DNA of 64,000 nt from Clostridia bacterium. GTDB lineage: Bacteria; Bacillota; Clostridia; Christensenellales; Borkfalkiaceae. Of the stretch, positions 9,549-18,664 are shown in pieces (position 1 is the stretch's first letter; the number at the start of each line of letters is the position of its first letter). The position numbers and the translations under genes are program-made. Location: positions 1,003-65,002 of the forward strand of contig JAFXHX010000009.1 of assembly GCA_017536205.1 (NCBI GenBank), written 5' to 3'. The notes beneath the pieces are model-generated. The model saw nothing but the letters and a program-made list of their open reading frames with translations. It did no database searches and was not told the DNA's origin.

Positions 9549-10379
9549 TTACTCCCCACCCTTTTCTAGCGCATTTGAAATAGTTTCTACGCTAACGCCG
9601 TCTTCTTTGCGCTCTAACGAGCCGTTTTCTTCTGAAAACCCACACATTGCAGAGTAACTACAATAAGTGCAAGCCCCCTTGTAAGGAGTTGCAGTTATAT
9701 ACCCGCTTCTAATTTCGTCAACGCACTTTTCACACACTTTTACCGAATATTTTAAGTGGTCGTTAAATTGCTTTTCTGTAAGCGTTTGCGACGAGCCGTG
9801 CACTTCACCGTCTTTAGTAAGGGCAACGTTTACGATTTTCGACCTATCTCGTGGTTTTAAATCTCCGTCGGTTGCCATAATTATATCTTTATCGCAAACG
9901 GTTTTTCCACTCATTGCAGGCGAAACACCGTCTAAAGAAAACTCATCTTTAACGGAATAATAATACGCGCCCGAAGGTTTTTTACCGTCGCCCGTAAAGG
10001 CGTTCATATAAAGGTAAAGTTGAAGTTTATTTCCCGTGTAAAGCCCTTCGGTAGAACTGTTTATAGCGCCCGACTTATAGTCTATAATTCTAACGTAATC
10101 GCCGTAATAATCAACCCTATCAACTGCTCCACGAACGCCCACTTCGCCACCTTTGGCGTTGAGTTTTATTGCGGGAATAGTTTTACCGTTACCAAACTCT
10201 TTTTCAAAATAAGTTGGAACGAACTTCGAGCGTTTTTGGTTTACAAACACGTCGAAACACACCCTTTTCGCTTCTTTTACGGTGCGTTTAAGCTCAAACT
10301 CTAAAACGGGGTTTTGCGCGTTGTATTTGTTTTGCTTATCTTCTTTAATAACGCTTTCTATAATTTCTTCAACGAGCAT
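9549..10379 (-). CDS. addB: AddB C-terminal fragment (nuclease / Fe-S domain)
   Basis: RIIDYKSG nuclease motif and the CTYCSYSAMC cysteine triad of the AddB 4Fe-4S cluster. Overlaps the N-terminal fragment in another frame. Confidence 0.8.
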   Translation of the reverse strand: MLVEEIIESVIKEDKQNKYNAQNPVLEFELKRTVKEAKRVCFDVFVNQKRSKFVPTYFEKEFGNGKTIPAIKLNAKGGEVGVRGAVDRVDYYGDYVRIIDYKSGAINSSTEGLYTGNKLQLYLYMNAFTGDGKKPSGAYYYSVKDEFSLDGVSPAMSGKTVCDKDIIMATDGDLKPRDRSKIVNVALTKDGEVHGSSQTLTEKQFNDHLKYSVKVCEKCVDEIRSGYITATPYKGACTYCSYSAMCGFSEENGSLERKEDGVSVETISNALEKGGE

Positions 10380-12766
10380 ATCTGAAGATATTTATCGCTT
10401 ACCCTATCCATATTTTGAACGTAGCGTTCTAACACGGCGTGAAGTAGCGTTCCCGTTTCGTTGGCTTTAACTTCACCCGTTTCCGTTTCGGAAAGTTTAA
10501 GTATTTTTTGCCCGTAACTTTTAAAAGGGCAAGAGAAAAACGTTTCTAACGTGGTTGCGCTAATTTCCCCAGAAGTTGCGCTTTTAACATAGGCTTTATC
10601 AACGTAAACGTCTTTTTCTTCGTCTTGAAAAAGTTCGTTAGTTTTATCAATTAAATCTTTATAGTTAAGCCCTTCAAGCGCTTCGTAAAACGACGCTACT
10701 TTTTTAAGTGCGTTTTTGCTAGAAAGTTTATATTCGGTGTAAGTCGACGCTATTTCACGAAGGGCAGTTTCCCTTGAAGAGTAAGCGCCAAGTTCATACT
10801 TTTTATATTCTTCAAGCCCGTTTTCAATTCCGTCTAAAATAGCCTGCCTAGTTAAAACGTTTAGGTTGAATATTTTAGTAACGGACTTTATAAGTTCCGA
10901 CTTGTAAACGGCGCTTTGCGCGCTATTTACTAGCGAGTACGATAGTTTAAGTTTATCTTCAAAAGAAGTAAGCGCCATTAAAACGCTTTCACGGTCACGG
11001 TCGTTAACCACTTTTATTTTAGGCTCTACTATAACGTTGAAACCGTCTAAAACGGCAAGGTCGCCGTCGGTTAAAAGCGAGGTGTCGCTCTGCGTAAAGG
11101 GAACGTCGCCGTTAAGCGAGAGGGCGTATAAAACCTTTGCGCCTTTAAGTTTAATATCTTTAAGTTCGCCAACGTAAACGGCGTCGTTTAAAATGGGAAT
11201 TGCACCTACTTTGGTTGCGTTAAACCCACTTAAAAGCACGTTTTTAAAATCAAGCGCAGTAATTTTACCGCCACCCAAAACGTTTTCCATCTCGCTTAAA
11301 ACGTCGTTTATTTTAGGCAAAACGTCGTCGTTAAACTCGGCGCTTACAAGTTCGTTTATAGCGCAAAGTTTTTTAGAAAGTTCTTTTACGTTGTTTTCGA
11401 TATTTAGCGTTTTAATAACGTTAGTTATTGCTTTTATATAATCGGTAACCGTTTTGCACTTTGAAAGTTCTTCGCATAGCGCTATTATTTTAGCCCTATA
11501 CCCTTCGTAAACGGAAAGATTTTCACTCTCGAAAGTAAACGGCTTTTTAACGGCGTATTTAGAAACGGCGTTTTTGTATATGTACGAAATAAACCCGTCG
11601 GCAACTTGTTTGTTTGAAATTAAAACGGCGTGCCCTATAATTTTAACGAACTCTTTAACGGGAACGCCCTTTCTTGCCATATCTAAAAACGATATTATAA
11701 ACTGCGACAAGGGGTGCTCTGCAAGCGACGACTGTTTTTCGGCGTAAAAAGGTATGTTGTAATCTTTAAAAGTTCTAGTTAAAAGCGGTAGCGTTTCTGC
11801 AAGCGAGCCAACTGCTAAAACTATATCTTTATACCTATAACCCGAAAGCCTAACTTCTGAAATTATATCTCTTGCAATAAAGTCTATTTCATCGGCGGTA
11901 TCGTATGCGCGATAAAGCGATATTTTGTCGGTAGTAAAAGGCTTAAAATCGCTTTTAAAAACGTCGTGACTAAAAAGGTATTTTTTAAGCGCTTCTTTTT
12001 CAAAATCTAAACGGGGCGAACTTATTATGCTTGCCCCACCGTCAATTTCTAAAAGCCTGTTTAGCGTTTCGCCCGTGTAAACGGAACTGTTTTCGTCGTA
12101 AGGAACAACTGCGTAAACTTCGCTAGCAACTGTGTTTAGCGCTCTAAACACGTCGAACCTTTGGCGTGTTACGGACGGAAAGCCCGATAAAATTATTACT
12201 GCACCTTTAAGATTAGGGTCGCCTATTACCGTTTGTGGCATTAGCGAAAGGTAATCGTTCCTATCGTAAAACCCACTATTTAAAACGTATTCGCAATAGG
12301 TTTTGTAAATTAAATAAACGTCGCAAAGTTTAGAGCGCAAAGCCCCGTCTTTTAAATGCGTTCCTTCTATAAGCCCGAATAAATCGCTAGGGCTTACTTT
12401 TGCGCTTTTAAGTTGCGAAATAAGTTCGTAAAGGGTAAGCGCCATATTAGGACCGAGCGCCGAGCCTTTAAAACAAGAAAGTTCGCTAGTTTTTTCTGCA
12501 AGTATTTTTCTAATAAGCATAACCGAACTTTGCTCGGAAAGTATTTTATCGCTAGGGCTAACTGAATAAACGTAACGCCTAAACGTAAAAACGTCAACGT
12601 CGAAAAAGCCACCGCCAAGCGCCTTTGCAATTTCAAGTTCGAGCGACAAGTTTATTTTGTCTTCTGAAAAAACTACGCACTTTTTTTGGGCGTCACTTAC
12701 TTCTTTAACGAGCGTTGCCGTTTTTTTAATTATAGATTCGCTTGTGGGATGGGTAAAAATCTTCAA
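10358..12766 (-). CDS. addB: AddB N-terminal fragment (helicase-like domain)
   Basis: 802 aa with AddB-like architecture. It contains the first cluster cysteine context FFSCPFKSYG and ends at a TAG 22 nt inside the next ORF. Confidence 0.8.
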   Translation of the reverse strand: MKIFTHPTSESIIKKTATLVKEVSDAQKKCVVFSEDKINLSLELEIAKALGGGFFDVDVFTFRRYVYSVSPSDKILSEQSSVMLIRKILAEKTSELSCFKGSALGPNMALTLYELISQLKSAKVSPSDLFGLIEGTHLKDGALRSKLCDVYLIYKTYCEYVLNSGFYDRNDYLSLMPQTVIGDPNLKGAVIILSGFPSVTRQRFDVFRALNTVASEVYAVVPYDENSSVYTGETLNRLLEIDGGASIISSPRLDFEKEALKKYLFSHDVFKSDFKPFTTDKISLYRAYDTADEIDFIARDIISEVRLSGYRYKDIVLAVGSLAETLPLLTRTFKDYNIPFYAEKQSSLAEHPLSQFIISFLDMARKGVPVKEFVKIIGHAVLISNKQVADGFISYIYKNAVSKYAVKKPFTFESENLSVYEGYRAKIIALCEELSKCKTVTDYIKAITNVIKTLNIENNVKELSKKLCAINELVSAEFNDDVLPKINDVLSEMENVLGGGKITALDFKNVLLSGFNATKVGAIPILNDAVYVGELKDIKLKGAKVLYALSLNGDVPFTQSDTSLLTDGDLAVLDGFNVIVEPKIKVVNDRDRESVLMALTSFEDKLKLSYSLVNSAQSAVYKSELIKSVTKIFNLNVLTRQAILDGIENGLEEYKKYELGAYSSRETALREIASTYTEYKLSSKNALKKVASFYEALEGLNYKDLIDKTNELFQDEEKDVYVDKAYVKSATSGEISATTLETFFSCPFKSYGQKILKLSETETGEVKANETGTLLHAVLERYVQNMDRVSDKYLQICSLKKL

Positions 12767-12943
12767 AGCCGTTCTCCTTTTTCAAGCATTTTAAACTATT
12801 TGTTTGCCAAACGGGTGGCACAAGTATAAAATACTTGTATATATTGTAACATAAACTGTAATTTTTGAACACATTTTATTTAACTTTCACAAATTGTTTT
12901 TACTTTATTAAAGTTTTGTGCTACAATATTTGCGGAGAGTATT

Positions 12944-13924
12944 ATGAAACGTTTAAAAAAGATTTTAGCGCTTACCTTGGCGCTTGTAACTTCAGTTTTC
13001 TTTACGGGTTGTGGAAGCGCCACCCTTTCTAAAGACGGCAACTATTGGTTTAGCGACCCTTCGGCAAGTTTTAAAGCACTTTATAAAGAAGTTTGCGAGT
13101 ACGACGTTACCGTTACTTCTACCACCTTTTCTTCTAGCACCGAAGTAACTAACCCAAACGGCGTTGTGCTTGAAATAACTTCAGGTAAACTTACCACCAC
13201 GCTTGAAACTCGTGAAGGCGCAGGCTCTAATAGATATTACCTTTACACTACAGTCCTTAACGTTTCGGGAAATTACCGTTTCCCCGGCGAACCACAAAAA
13301 GTTGAGCCGTTTACCGATTCTTACACAACGGTTACCAAGTTTGGCGAAGATTTAGTTCCTATAACCAGCACTAAAACGCAAGATAACAACACGCTTTTAG
13401 TTACCGACCAAGCAGGTTACGGCTTGCTTTCTTACAAATATTCGTACGCTATAAACTACGAGGGCACTAACGCCAACGTCACACTTACCGAGTACGACGA
13501 GCAAGGCGCGCCACACGACACGCAAAACACCTTTAAAAAATATACGAAAGGCGCTTATATTGATAACAACACACTATTTTTAATACCAAGGCTTTATAAC
13601 CTTACTTCAGGTTTTTCAAGAACGTTTAAAACTATCGACGTTTTAGGTAACGTAAATAGAGATATGATGTATTACGTTCCCACCGAAGAAGTTGACGTAA
13701 AGAATATGCCTGCTTACGAACTTAACGGTATAGTTGGCGAACAAGTACCTTCTGCAAGGCTTTCTATTTCAATTCAAGATACTTATTCAGGCGCAGTTAT
13801 GGAGTGCTACTACGCAGTTAACAAAGAAGTTGACCGCCACCGTTTAACTAGGTCGTATATAAAAATTAACGACAGTTTAGGTTATCTTTGCTACACCCTT
13901 AAAAAAGTTACTATAACCGAATAA
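12944..13924 (+). CDS. lipoprotein of unknown function
   Basis: Signal peptide with lipobox FFTGC. SD GGAGAG. Extended -10 TGCTACAAT upstream. Confidence 0.6.
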   Translation: MKRLKKILALTLALVTSVFFTGCGSATLSKDGNYWFSDPSASFKALYKEVCEYDVTVTSTTFSSSTEVTNPNGVVLEITSGKLTTTLETREGAGSNRYYLYTTVLNVSGNYRFPGEPQKVEPFTDSYTTVTKFGEDLVPITSTKTQDNNTLLVTDQAGYGLLSYKYSYAINYEGTNANVTLTEYDEQGAPHDTQNTFKKYTKGAYIDNNTLFLIPRLYNLTSGFSRTFKTIDVLGNVNRDMMYYVPTEEVDVKNMPAYELNGIVGEQVPSARLSISIQDTYSGAVMECYYAVNKEVDRHRLTRSYIKINDSLGYLCYTLKKVTITE

Positions 13925-13956
13925 TAAAAAGGCGTTTACCGAAGTGGTAAACGCTT

Positions 13957-14784
13957 TTAAATTACTTCTTTTATTATTGCGTAAGGGCTTGCCGTTTCTA
14001 AAACGTTTATTAGTTCTTCACTTGTAAGTTCACGCTTATTGCCGTTTGATATTACGGTTACTTCAAGGTGATAATCTTCGCCTATAAGGCGATAAAGCAC
14101 CTTTACAGGCATATTTTCGTTAATTGCTACTCGCTTTATAGTCTTATACGTTTTAACGCCTAAATAAACGCTTGAATACGTTTTAACGTAATCGCTTCCA
14201 CCAAACGAAAAAGCGCCCGCTAATATAAAAACTGCAAACAAAAGTAAACTTATATTTACGCTTGTAAAAAGCGAATATATAAACAAAATAATAAGTGCTA
14301 TTGCAAAGGTAACGGAAATTACTTTTGCAATTTTTTTCGCCTTTTTCCTATCTAGAAAAAGCGATAGCGTTGCAAGCAAAACTCTACCGCCGTCAAGGGG
14401 GTAGCACGGCAAAAGGTTGATAACAAATAGCGCAAGCGAAGAAGTTGCCATAAGTTCTGTGTATGGGTAACTATCTGGAACGAGCCACCAAAGCGAAGCG
14501 CATAAAAGCCAAGTGCAAATATTTATAAAAGGACCTGCTAGCGCAATTATAATTTCATCTTTATATTTAAGGTTTAGCGCATCGCCTTTAATAATTGCGC
14601 CGTAAGGCATTAAAACTATTTTATTAAGTGTATAGCCGTAGCGTTCGCTTGCAAAATAATGGCCAAGTTCGTGAATAACTGCGCTAAAGGTAAACGCCAA
14701 AAAGGAAAATACTTTGCCCGTTACGGCAAAGTATAAACCGAATATGAAAAATAAGGGGTGTATAGTAAACTTTAACCCAGCCAT
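13957..14784 (-). CDS. site-2 protease family M50 metalloprotease (SpoIVFB-like)
   Basis: HELGH zinc motif, NLLPCYPLDGGR motif, multiple TM segments. Confidence 0.75.
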   Translation of the reverse strand: MAGLKFTIHPLFFIFGLYFAVTGKVFSFLAFTFSAVIHELGHYFASERYGYTLNKIVLMPYGAIIKGDALNLKYKDEIIIALAGPFINICTWLLCASLWWLVPDSYPYTELMATSSLALFVINLLPCYPLDGGRVLLATLSLFLDRKKAKKIAKVISVTFAIALIILFIYSLFTSVNISLLLFAVFILAGAFSFGGSDYVKTYSSVYLGVKTYKTIKRVAINENMPVKVLYRLIGEDYHLEVTVISNGNKRELTSEELINVLETASPYAIIKEVI

Positions 14785-15536
14785 ACTATTTGGTTACCCG
14801 ATAACATATAGCCCGTAAGTATAACGTCGCTACTGAACATAGAAACTTTTATTTCATTACTGCTATAACCAACGGGAACGTTTTCATAAACGCTTTCGCC
14901 CGTTTGAGCGTAAACGTTTTCAAGCCCCGATATAACGGTGGAAAAACTGTCGCTATGGCTTACGGTAACGGTATAAAGCCCGTCAACTTCACTAATTTGA
15001 GTAACCGTTCCTGCGCAAGGCGAATAAACGCTACCACCGTCAACCGTCATAACTCCGTCTTGTAAGGTTACGCTCGCCGTTTTTGACGGAGCGTATGCGC
15101 TAAACGTTGTGTAAACGCTATTTCCTAACCCGCCGTTATCGTTAAAAACTGAACGGAATAAAACGTTCATACCACTATCTTCCCAAAAAATGTTGGTAAG
15201 TATTATGCTTACTATTAAAACGAACACGGCAACCACTTGCGCCGAAACTATATCAAACCCACCCTTTTTTACCGTGCTAGTAGTTAAAACTTCGCCTTCT
15301 TCTACCGCTTTTTTAATAACGGGTTTGGTTTTAAGTTTAATTCTTTTTTTAGCGGGCGATTTTAACGGGGTTACCGTAACCGTTTCGCTCTTTATAACAC
15401 TAGGCTCAACCTTTTCGGCGTTCACCTTTTCTATAACTTGTTTTTTAACGTCTTTTTTCCTTTTCTTCATAGGCTTAAACACCACGCTAGAACTGTTAAC
15501 GGGTATTTCAAGCATTTTAACGTAATTTTCGCTCAT
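14772..15536 (-). CDS. single-pass membrane protein with degenerate LytM/M23-like C-terminal domain (SpoIVFA-like)
   Basis: Lys-rich N-terminus, one TM, beta-rich C-terminus. Overlaps the downstream M50 protease gene by 13 nt, as in spoIVFA-spoIVFB operons. Confidence 0.45.
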   Translation of the reverse strand: MSENYVKMLEIPVNSSSVVFKPMKKRKKDVKKQVIEKVNAEKVEPSVIKSETVTVTPLKSPAKKRIKLKTKPVIKKAVEEGEVLTTSTVKKGGFDIVSAQVVAVFVLIVSIILTNIFWEDSGMNVLFRSVFNDNGGLGNSVYTTFSAYAPSKTASVTLQDGVMTVDGGSVYSPCAGTVTQISEVDGLYTVTVSHSDSFSTVISGLENVYAQTGESVYENVPVGYSSNEIKVSMFSSDVILTGYMLSGNQIVWLG

Positions 15537-15667
15537 AACACGTCTCCTTTATCGTTTTTAATAATTTGTATGAAGTTTTTTTAAGGTTTAGAACGAAATA
15601 AAATAAAAAATTACGTTTTTAGTATAAAACGCAAAATTATACGCATTATACTTTTGGGAGGTAAAAC

Positions 15668-15757
15668 ATGAGAAACGTTAAAGATGCAAAAAACTCCAAG
15701 ACTTCTAACACTAAACAAAGTGCAAAGAACACGAAGTCAACTAAAGATTGCAAATAA
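15668..15757 (+). CDS. 29-aa Lys/Ser/Thr-rich small protein
   Basis: Below the ORF-track cutoff. GGGAGG SD 7 nt upstream of the ATG. Sequence MRNVKDAKNSKTSNTKQSAKNTKSTKDCK. Confidence 0.4.
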   Translation: MRNVKDAKNSKTSNTKQSAKNTKSTKDCK

Positions 15758-15758
15758 T

Positions 15759-15860
15759 ATGAAGAAGAAAAGTTTTAAGTCTGCTTTCGACCCTTTAGGT
15801 AGTTATACGGGTATAACCGAAAACGGTGAAAAACCCGTTCAAGATGCAGACGACCTTTAA
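15759..15860 (+). CDS. 33-aa small protein ending in QDADDL
   Basis: ATG lies 1 nt after the preceding stop. Sequence MKKKSFKSAFDPLGSYTGITENGEKPVQDADDL. Followed by a terminator. Confidence 0.4.
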   Translation: MKKKSFKSAFDPLGSYTGITENGEKPVQDADDL

Positions 15861-15874
15861 TTGCAATCAAAAAA

Positions 15875-15899
15875 AGCCCACGTTATCGTGGGCTTTTTT
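15875..15899 (+). terminator. intrinsic terminator
   Basis: AGCCCACG-ttat-CGTGGGCT followed by TTTTT. Confidence 0.75.
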
Positions 15900-16032
15900 A
15901 CGCACTTTTTCTAGGAGTTTTTGAACTCTACCGTGAGTAGAGTTGTTTTTAAAAGTAGTATAGTCCATTTTTATACGGTAGAGATATATTTATATAGTTT
16001 TGGTATATAATTACGATTAAAGGAGGCAGTTT

Positions 16033-16950
16033 ATGAACTATAAAATATTTACAGATTCTTCTTCGGGACTACCAAAGTCCGTAACTGAAAAATATCCACT
16101 TAACGTTATTCCCGTTCCTATGACAATTAACGGTGAAGAAGTTACCGTTAAAAGCGACGACGACGTTTTTTTAAAGAACTTTTATGTAAAACTTCGCGAA
16201 AACGCTAGTATGAGCACTTCTTGCGTTAACAAACAAAGTTTTTTAAATAGATTTACCCCAGCCCTTGAAAGTGGTTACGACGTTTTGTATATAGGCTTAT
16301 CTTCAGGGCTTTCATCAACTATGCAAAACGCTTGCGACGCTAGCAAAGAACTTAAAGAAAAGTTCCCCGCCCGTAGCGTATACATTATTGATTCGCTTAA
16401 CGCCGCACAGGGCGAAGGTATGCTAGTTTACCTTGCGCTTTTAAAGCAACAAGAAGGTTTTTCGGCAAAAGAAGTTTACGACTATATTACTAGCGTTCGC
16501 TTAAACCTTAATAGTTTATTTACAGTTAAAACGCTATTTTACCTTGCAAAAGGCGGAAGAATAAGCAAACTTTCTATGACGGTTGGCACCGTTGTTGACA
16601 TTAAACCCATTATGCACGTTGACGAAAGGGGTAAACTAGTTGCGCCAAGCAAGGTTATAGGAAGAAAACGTTCAATTTCGCAAATTGCCGAAAACTTTTA
16701 TAAATCGGTAATAAACCCCGAAGAACAAACGGTGTTTATAGGCCACGGCGACTGCATTGACGACGCTAAATACCTTGCCGAACTTATTTCTAAAAAGGTG
16801 CACGTTAAAGAGTTTGTATTTAACTATATAGACCCTATTATTGCCGTTCATAGTGGACCTGACACACTTGCCGTTTTTAGCCTTGGAACTTCACGAGTGC
16901 CCGAAAACGCCTTTGTTAATTCAGTGGACTACGTTAGCGAAGCAGTATAA
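16033..16950 (+). CDS. DegV family fatty-acid-binding protein
   Basis: Typical N-terminus KIFTDSSSGLP and length of 305 aa. SD AAAGGAGG. Confidence 0.88.
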   Translation: MNYKIFTDSSSGLPKSVTEKYPLNVIPVPMTINGEEVTVKSDDDVFLKNFYVKLRENASMSTSCVNKQSFLNRFTPALESGYDVLYIGLSSGLSSTMQNACDASKELKEKFPARSVYIIDSLNAAQGEGMLVYLALLKQQEGFSAKEVYDYITSVRLNLNSLFTVKTLFYLAKGGRISKLSMTVGTVVDIKPIMHVDERGKLVAPSKVIGRKRSISQIAENFYKSVINPEEQTVFIGHGDCIDDAKYLAELISKKVHVKEFVFNYIDPIIAVHSGPDTLAVFSLGTSRVPENAFVNSVDYVSEAV

Positions 16951-16963
16951 TAAAAAACGCTAC

Positions 16964-17500
16964 CTACGTAGCGTTTTTTAGTTTTTTGTTGAGTTTATTT
17001 GCAAGCGCAGATGCGCAAATCATTTTAATTATATCAAACGGCAAAAAGGTTATTAAAAGCGTAAGAATAACTTTAAGGTTTAGCCCGCCCGTAGTTACAA
17101 CCGAGCACCACGGCGCGCCTATTAGGTAAATTATAACCGTTCCTACAAAAAAGGCTAGTGCGTAACGCCAAAACCCACTTTTGTTTTTGATAATTAGCCC
17201 CGAAACGAGCGCGCATATAGGGTACGCTAATAAATACCCACCAGTAGGGCCTATTAAAGAGTAAAAACCACCTGAAAAGTTTTGAAAAACGGGAACGCCC
17301 ACTGCGCCTATAAAAAGGTAAACTAAAACGGATACGGTTGCTTGAAAGGGCGTTAACACGGCGCTTGCTAAAAATATTATAAAGGTTGCAAGCGAAACGC
17401 TAACCCCGCTTGGTAAAGGCACTGAAAAAGGCGACACAACGCAAATAAGCGCAGTTAAAATTGCCGTTTTTGCAAGCGCAACTGAAGTTGATTTTTTCAT
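16964..17500 (-). CDS. bioY: biotin transporter BioY
   Basis: 178 aa, 5-6 TM, BioY-like sequence. Overlaps the birA stop by 4 nt. Confidence 0.85.
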   Translation of the reverse strand: MKKSTSVALAKTAILTALICVVSPFSVPLPSGVSVSLATFIIFLASAVLTPFQATVSVLVYLFIGAVGVPVFQNFSGGFYSLIGPTGGYLLAYPICALVSGLIIKNKSGFWRYALAFFVGTVIIYLIGAPWCSVVTTGGLNLKVILTLLITFLPFDIIKMICASALANKLNKKLKNAT

Positions 17501-18234
17501 AATAACGTTAAATCTCCCCCGTGCGCCGTTACTACGCCGGTATCCGTTTTTATTAAAAGTTCGCCTAAACCACCTATATCAATAACCGTGCCTAACGTTA
17601 CGTTATTACCAAAAGTAACCGAAACTTTTTTGTTTATAACAAGCGAATTAGCCTTGTATTCGCTTAAAAAATCAAGCGTTGAAAATGCGCTGTTAAAGTT
17701 TGCAATTCCGTTTAAAAGTAAGGCTATAAGACGGTTAATATCAACTAAAAACCCTTCAAGCGCAAGCGAAGTTGCAATATTAGTTAAGTCGTTTGGAAAG
17801 GTTTTTTGGTTTACGTTTAAGCCTATTCCCACAATTATTTTATCTACCTTGCCGTTTGAAATTGAAGTTTCGGTTAAAATGCCTGCAAGTTTTTTGTTTG
17901 ACACGAAAACGTCGTTAACCCACTTGTATGAATACGGAATATTAAACTCTTTTAAAGCGTTACCTATAACGGTTGCAAAGTAAGGGGTTACGAGTGGAAG
18001 TTTATCAGTAGATATATTCGGCTTTATTACAGCGCTTAAATAAATACCACCTTCACTTGATATAAAGTTACGGTTTTTAGTGCCACGCCCGTTTGTTTGG
18101 CTATTTGCAATAACGGCAAAAATATCGCCGTTACTTTTTATATAGTCCATAGTAGAAGTAACGGTTTTTAAAAGGCAAATATTAAGGGGGCTATTAAGCC
18201 CTTTTTTAATTTGTTCTAAACAAGGCGTTTGCAT
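17497..18234 (-). CDS. birA: biotin--[acetyl-CoA-carboxylase] ligase, group I (no N-terminal HTH)
   Basis: GRGTKNRNFISSEGG biotin-binding loop. At 245 aa it is too short to carry the wHTH repressor domain. Confidence 0.85.
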   Translation of the reverse strand: MQTPCLEQIKKGLNSPLNICLLKTVTSTMDYIKSNGDIFAVIANSQTNGRGTKNRNFISSEGGIYLSAVIKPNISTDKLPLVTPYFATVIGNALKEFNIPYSYKWVNDVFVSNKKLAGILTETSISNGKVDKIIVGIGLNVNQKTFPNDLTNIATSLALEGFLVDINRLIALLLNGIANFNSAFSTLDFLSEYKANSLVINKKVSVTFGNNVTLGTVIDIGGLGELLIKTDTGVVTAHGGDLTLL

Positions 18235-18240
18235 AACTAT

Positions 18241-18269
18241 ATTGTACTAAACCACAAGCAAAAAATCAA
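18241..18269 (-). promoter_or_regulatory. promoter TTGATT-17-TACAAT, 6 nt upstream of the birA ATG (leaderless geometry)
   Basis: Reverse complement of 18235-18269 reads TTGATTttttgcttgtggtttagTACAATatagtt, followed directly by ATG. No SD. Confidence 0.6.
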
Positions 18270-18403
18270 CGCTTTAAAGTAATTTTGTTTGCCGTAGAAA
18301 GCAATTTAAAAGGGCTCCCGAAAATGTTTTTAGAATAAAAAGATTTTTGGGAAAAAGGAGCAACTGCGATATAGCCCTACCCTTAACACTTTAAGGGTTG
18401 AGA

Positions 18404-18664
18404 GTTATAGCAAGTTGCGACGCAAGCCCGCAGAAACAAGCACAAGCAGGCTCGACAACAAGGGGCACACAACTAACCTTTTTGGTTGTAGAAAGTGGCA
18501 TTTTAAGTCGTTAGAGCCAAGCAAGACAAGGCTCGACGGCAAGGCGTTGGGCGTAATTGACCTTGGTGGTCATTACGGTCACGAATTGACGGCAGTTAAC
18601 GCAGTATTGCGACGGCTATAACGAAATAAAAAGCACCGAAAACGGTGCTTTTTATGTCTTAAAA
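18404..18664 (+). repeat. structured intergenic element E1 (candidate ncRNA or MITE-like element) ending in an intrinsic terminator
   Basis: Positions 18500-18632 match 34693-34826 with 4 mismatches by manual alignment. Hairpins: 18552-18577; terminator GCACCG-aaaa-CGGTGC at 18633-18648 plus a T-run. 8-bp closing pair GTTATAGC (18404) / GCTATAAC (18615). Confidence 0.8.

Noticed and set aside
18415-18621. Track ORFs inside the elements (18415-18621 plus strand; 34885-35121 minus strand; also a short MTTKVN... peptide on the minus strand of all three copies)
   Set aside because: Indels between E1/E2 and E3 shift the frame on both sides of the shared hairpin, and stops fall at different places. 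There is no SD, and one start is a TTG. The shared MTTKVN arises from the conserved hairpin GGTCAT. Protein coding is not supported.
18404-18664. Short k-mers shared with Cas9 tracrRNA/sgRNA scaffolds (TAGCAAGTT, AAGGCT, GTGGCA, GCACCGA..CGGTGCTTTT)
   Set aside because: These are only scattered 6-10-mers, in a different order and spacing from a tracrRNA. There is no repeat/anti-repeat partner, no CRISPR array and no cas9 in the window. I keep it only as something a covariance-model search would settle.
18235-18664. E1 as a minus-strand riboswitch or leader for birA-bioY (and E2 for the ykvI-like gene)
   Set aside because: On the minus strand the element would start with a terminator rather than end with one. 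In addition, a good birA promoter (TTGATT-17-TACAAT) sits 6 nt from the ATG, downstream of the element.
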